From the NCBI RefSeq assembly GCF_009914755.1, contig NC_060926.1: a stretch of 64,000 bases of DNA. The stretch is one strand, 5' to 3'. The translations under genes and the position numbers were made by a program. Below the pieces are notes generated by a model, which was given only the letters and a program-made list of their open reading frames with translations, was not told the DNA's origin and did no database searches. Positions 59,939-64,000 of this stretch are shown here, in pieces. The DNA comes from the human T2T-CHM13v2.0 reference genome, Homo sapiens. Position 1 is the first letter of the stretch. Every line of letters starts with the position of its first letter.

Positions 59939-60410
59939 GTTCAGCTTTATTTAAATGATTTTTATTTAAAATGTTGGTATTCATATATTTTTATTTTGCC
60001 TTCTAATTTTAATAGGCATAAATATTTTAAAACAATAATTTTCTTGAAGATATACAAAGTAATTATGATCTTAAAATTTACAATCACTTTAACTTACATT
60101 TTGATGAAAATATGCTCAAATTTTAAACACAATTACCTTCATTTTTAACTTGTTACATTATTACTATCAATTGAACACAAATTACATGAAAATCTTTATT
60201 GTAACAACATAGTGGTTTTCCTGAAATGGAGAAAATAAAATAAATGTTGTGGAATACATAAATAAAAACATAAATAATGTCTTTTATTAATCATAGAAAA
60301 TGTCATTAGCTCCTCTAAACATGTGCAATAATAACTAAAAATTAGCCATCTTTTTTTGCAGTCTTTCATAATACTTTATCAACACCATAGCTTTACAAAT
60401 GTTTTTAATG

Positions 60411-60768
<358 letters not shown>

Positions 60769-60787
60769 TTAAAATGTTTTGGCTTTC

Positions 60788-61387
<600 letters not shown>

Positions 61388-62920
61388 TCAGGCAGACATA
61401 ATACAAAGGAGGCCCTTTCTTCCCTGCAGAATCAGCCCTGCACCAGGGAGCCAGACGCAGCAAGAGAAGCCAGGGCTGGATTTTTATCCCTAATGTCCCT
61501 CTTGGTTGGGCACCTGGCACAGGGCACAAGCTGCACTCCCATATAAGTGGCTCTGGCCTAGGCAATGGCATCACACTAGAGTAAGGAAAGTGACCCAACT
61601 TGTAATGGCAGGCATATTAGAGCAGAGATTCCAAAATTTCATTTCATATATTCCTAGGTGCCTCTGACCCCCACCCCCAAACCACAGATCAACCACAGGA
61701 GGTCCTTTTCACCTGCTGTGTAATAGAGGGTTTTTGTTTATGTTTTTGTTTTAGTGGAAGGGATTTTACAACTTTTAAAATATATGTATATATGTTTAAC
61801 CCCTGATCTACTCCCGCCACACAGCCACATCATGGACCCTGGAGGCAATGGAATAGGAAGGACAGCAGTGGGGGCTGGGAGGGCAGGGGGAAGGAGACTT
61901 TTCAGGGACATCCAAAGCCACTGACTTTTGTCCCGTACTCCAGTGGGTGTGCTCCTCTCCTTGACCCCACCGGGCACCATACTTTATAGTTACTTAGAAT
62001 TTTTGAAGACCTTGGCTGGGGGGTCTCTCTGATAAATCCAAATTACTATGCTTTTGTTAAAACTTTTACATGCCAAAGCAGGCAAACAACAGATATTTTT
62101 TAACATCTACATTTGAAAACCATTCTGGGTATACTTCACTGTAATATACAGCCAGCAAAGCAACCATAACATTTCCTCATTTTCCTGAGTAAATTTAGAA
62201 GCAAACATTTTCAGAATATGAAATTAAATAAAAGGTCATAGGACAATGAATAATATGCTGTGTGTGTGGTTAATTATACTTGTTCTAAAAAAAAGTCATC
62301 CTAGCCTCTCTATAAAAATTGTGTGTGTAGCTATTTCACTTTGAAATGTCATAGGGTTACTCTGTTTCAAAAAGAAAATGGAAAAGCATAAAGATATTTA
62401 TTTAACCCTGAAAGAAAATATTTCTTAAGAGAATGTAATGTTTAATTCCATATTGTTTCCCTTTGTCCTGTGGCTGGTTTATAAATATGGAAGGCACAAT
62501 TCTTTGTGCTATTGAAATTAAGGGTTCACGGTATTTTTTGTCTTTTCAGGGAAAAGAATCAAACAATTTAGATACAGAAAAGATATGATTCTTTCAACAG
62601 CTACTAAAATCTGACAAGCCATTTTAATCATAAGGTAGATAGCATTATAATTTAATCTTTTCCGTGATGAGATAATCTGTACTTTTAACTTCAAACAAGA
62701 TGCTTAATATTTAATACTTCAGATTTCAAAAGTGAAACATGTCTGAAATACTTGAATGAAAGTCACTTGTCTACCTATTTTTTATTTCTGCTGTAATTAA
62801 AGCAGGGAACTTAATTGCAAGTGAACTCATTCTAATACTCCAATAAGACAAAATAAGCAAGCCATGTTATTAATAGCGATGACAGAAGTGATCGCTCTGG
62901 GCAGTCTGGCAAATACTTAC

Positions 62921-62939
62921 CTGTGACTGGGAGGTTCAC
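62921..62939 (-). other. Candidate 19-nt microexon
   Basis: Minus strand reads GGCTTTTTTTAG|GTGAACCTCCCAGTCACAG|GTAAGTATTT; no transcript evidence available. Confidence 0.3.
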
Positions 62940-63398
62940 CTAAAAAAAGCCACACTGAGGTCACTTTTGCTTTTTGGGGTAATTTCGCCCTACCATGCTC
63001 TGAGAGATCAGAGAAGGATTTTTCCTCTAAACTTTTTCTCTTATTGTCCTAGGATTTACACTCTTGCTTCTTCCAACTGGTGTATTAAAAATTACTAGAC
63101 ACCTACTAAGCGCCAGACACTTTCCTAGCTGTTAGGAATAGAAAGAGAAAGAATATGGTCTGCAGTCCAGGAGCTCAGGCTAGAGCATTCTATGCTATGT
63201 GCTATGCTAGAGGCACGCACAAGGCTCCTGGTCCAGCCCAGCCCTCAGATTCTGCGTCCAGAGCAGATATTCAGTTTCTTCACCTGGAAAATTTCTCTAG
63301 GGTCGACCTAAATTCTAAAATGTATATGATTCTAGTTAGCGGCTCACATTATTTCAAATAAGGTGTTTAATAGCTAAACTGTATGCAGCTATAGTTAC

Positions 63399-63695
63399 TT
63401 TTTTTGTTTTGTTTTTTGTTTGTTTGTTTTTTGGGACAGGCTCTCACCCTGTTGCCCAGGCTGGAGTGCAGGGGCATGATCTCATCTCACTGCAGCCTCC
63501 ACCTCCCGGGTTCAAGAGATTCTCATACCTCAGCCTCAGGCACGCACAACCACCCCCAGCTAATTTTTGTATTTTTAGTAGAGATGGGTTTTCACCATGT
63601 TGCCCAGGCTGGTCTCAAACTCCTGAGCCCAAACGAACTGCCTGCCTCTGCCTCCCAAAGTGCAGGATTACAGGTGTGAGCCACCGCACCTGGCC
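63399..63695 (-). mobile_element. AluJ
   Basis: Dimeric antisense with an internal deletion; degenerate TSD AGC(T/C)ATAGT. Confidence 0.9.
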
Positions 63696-64000
63696 AGCCA
63701 TAGTACTTCTATAATGTTGATGCCAGAGTCTCTTCTTGGCTCCTCTGAGTGTTTTATGTTATTAACCTACTTAAAATCTCACATTTACATTTTATTTGTT
63801 GGGGGGAGGTGTTGTTGCGGGTAGTTTGAGAGTGTGTTACCCCTTCAATCCACCTTCCTTTGATGGAGAATGATTTTATCTTATTCAAGTTACCCATTTG
63901 CCACAGATTCATAGTCTAAAAAAATTTACTTGTCTTTGATCCTTTTGAAATGAACAAAATGAGTAGGAGACACACTCCTATTTTAGAAAAGAGAGGACTT

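Noticed and set aside
62913-62923. ATACTTACCTG as the start of a U1 snRNA pseudogene
   Set aside because: Similarity stops after 11 nt (no GCAGGGGAGATACC). It is better read as an antisense splice donor.

Overview
This is primate (human-like) non-coding genomic DNA, intergenic or deep intronic. I see no protein-coding exon, CpG island or intact RNA gene. The ORF track is explained by Alu/L1/LTR read-through or chance. The window is a layered mosaic of about 50 Alu copies or fragments (density rising toward the 3' end), many MIR and L2 relics, L1PA/L1M fragments, solo LTRs (LTR18, THE1, MST, MLT1, LTR33-like), DNA-transposon relics (MER5A, MER58, MER47/Tigger5, MADE1) and a tailless 5S rRNA retropseudogene. 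I found no new gene system. The signals not explained by routine repeat annotation are: (i) three short non-tandem local duplications (114, 33 and 59 bp, 0.9-1.5 kb apart) within 12 kb, one inside a 167-bp insert that splits an Alu monomer and is flanked by a 25-bp duplication; (ii) an AluY that shares non-consensus variants with two other local Alus; (iii) repeated reuse of single integration sites; (iv) a 39-bp orphan poly(A) insertion; (v) a candidate 19-nt minus-strand microexon. Repeat subfamily names come from recalled consensus sequences. Boundaries without target-site duplications (TSDs) are approximate.
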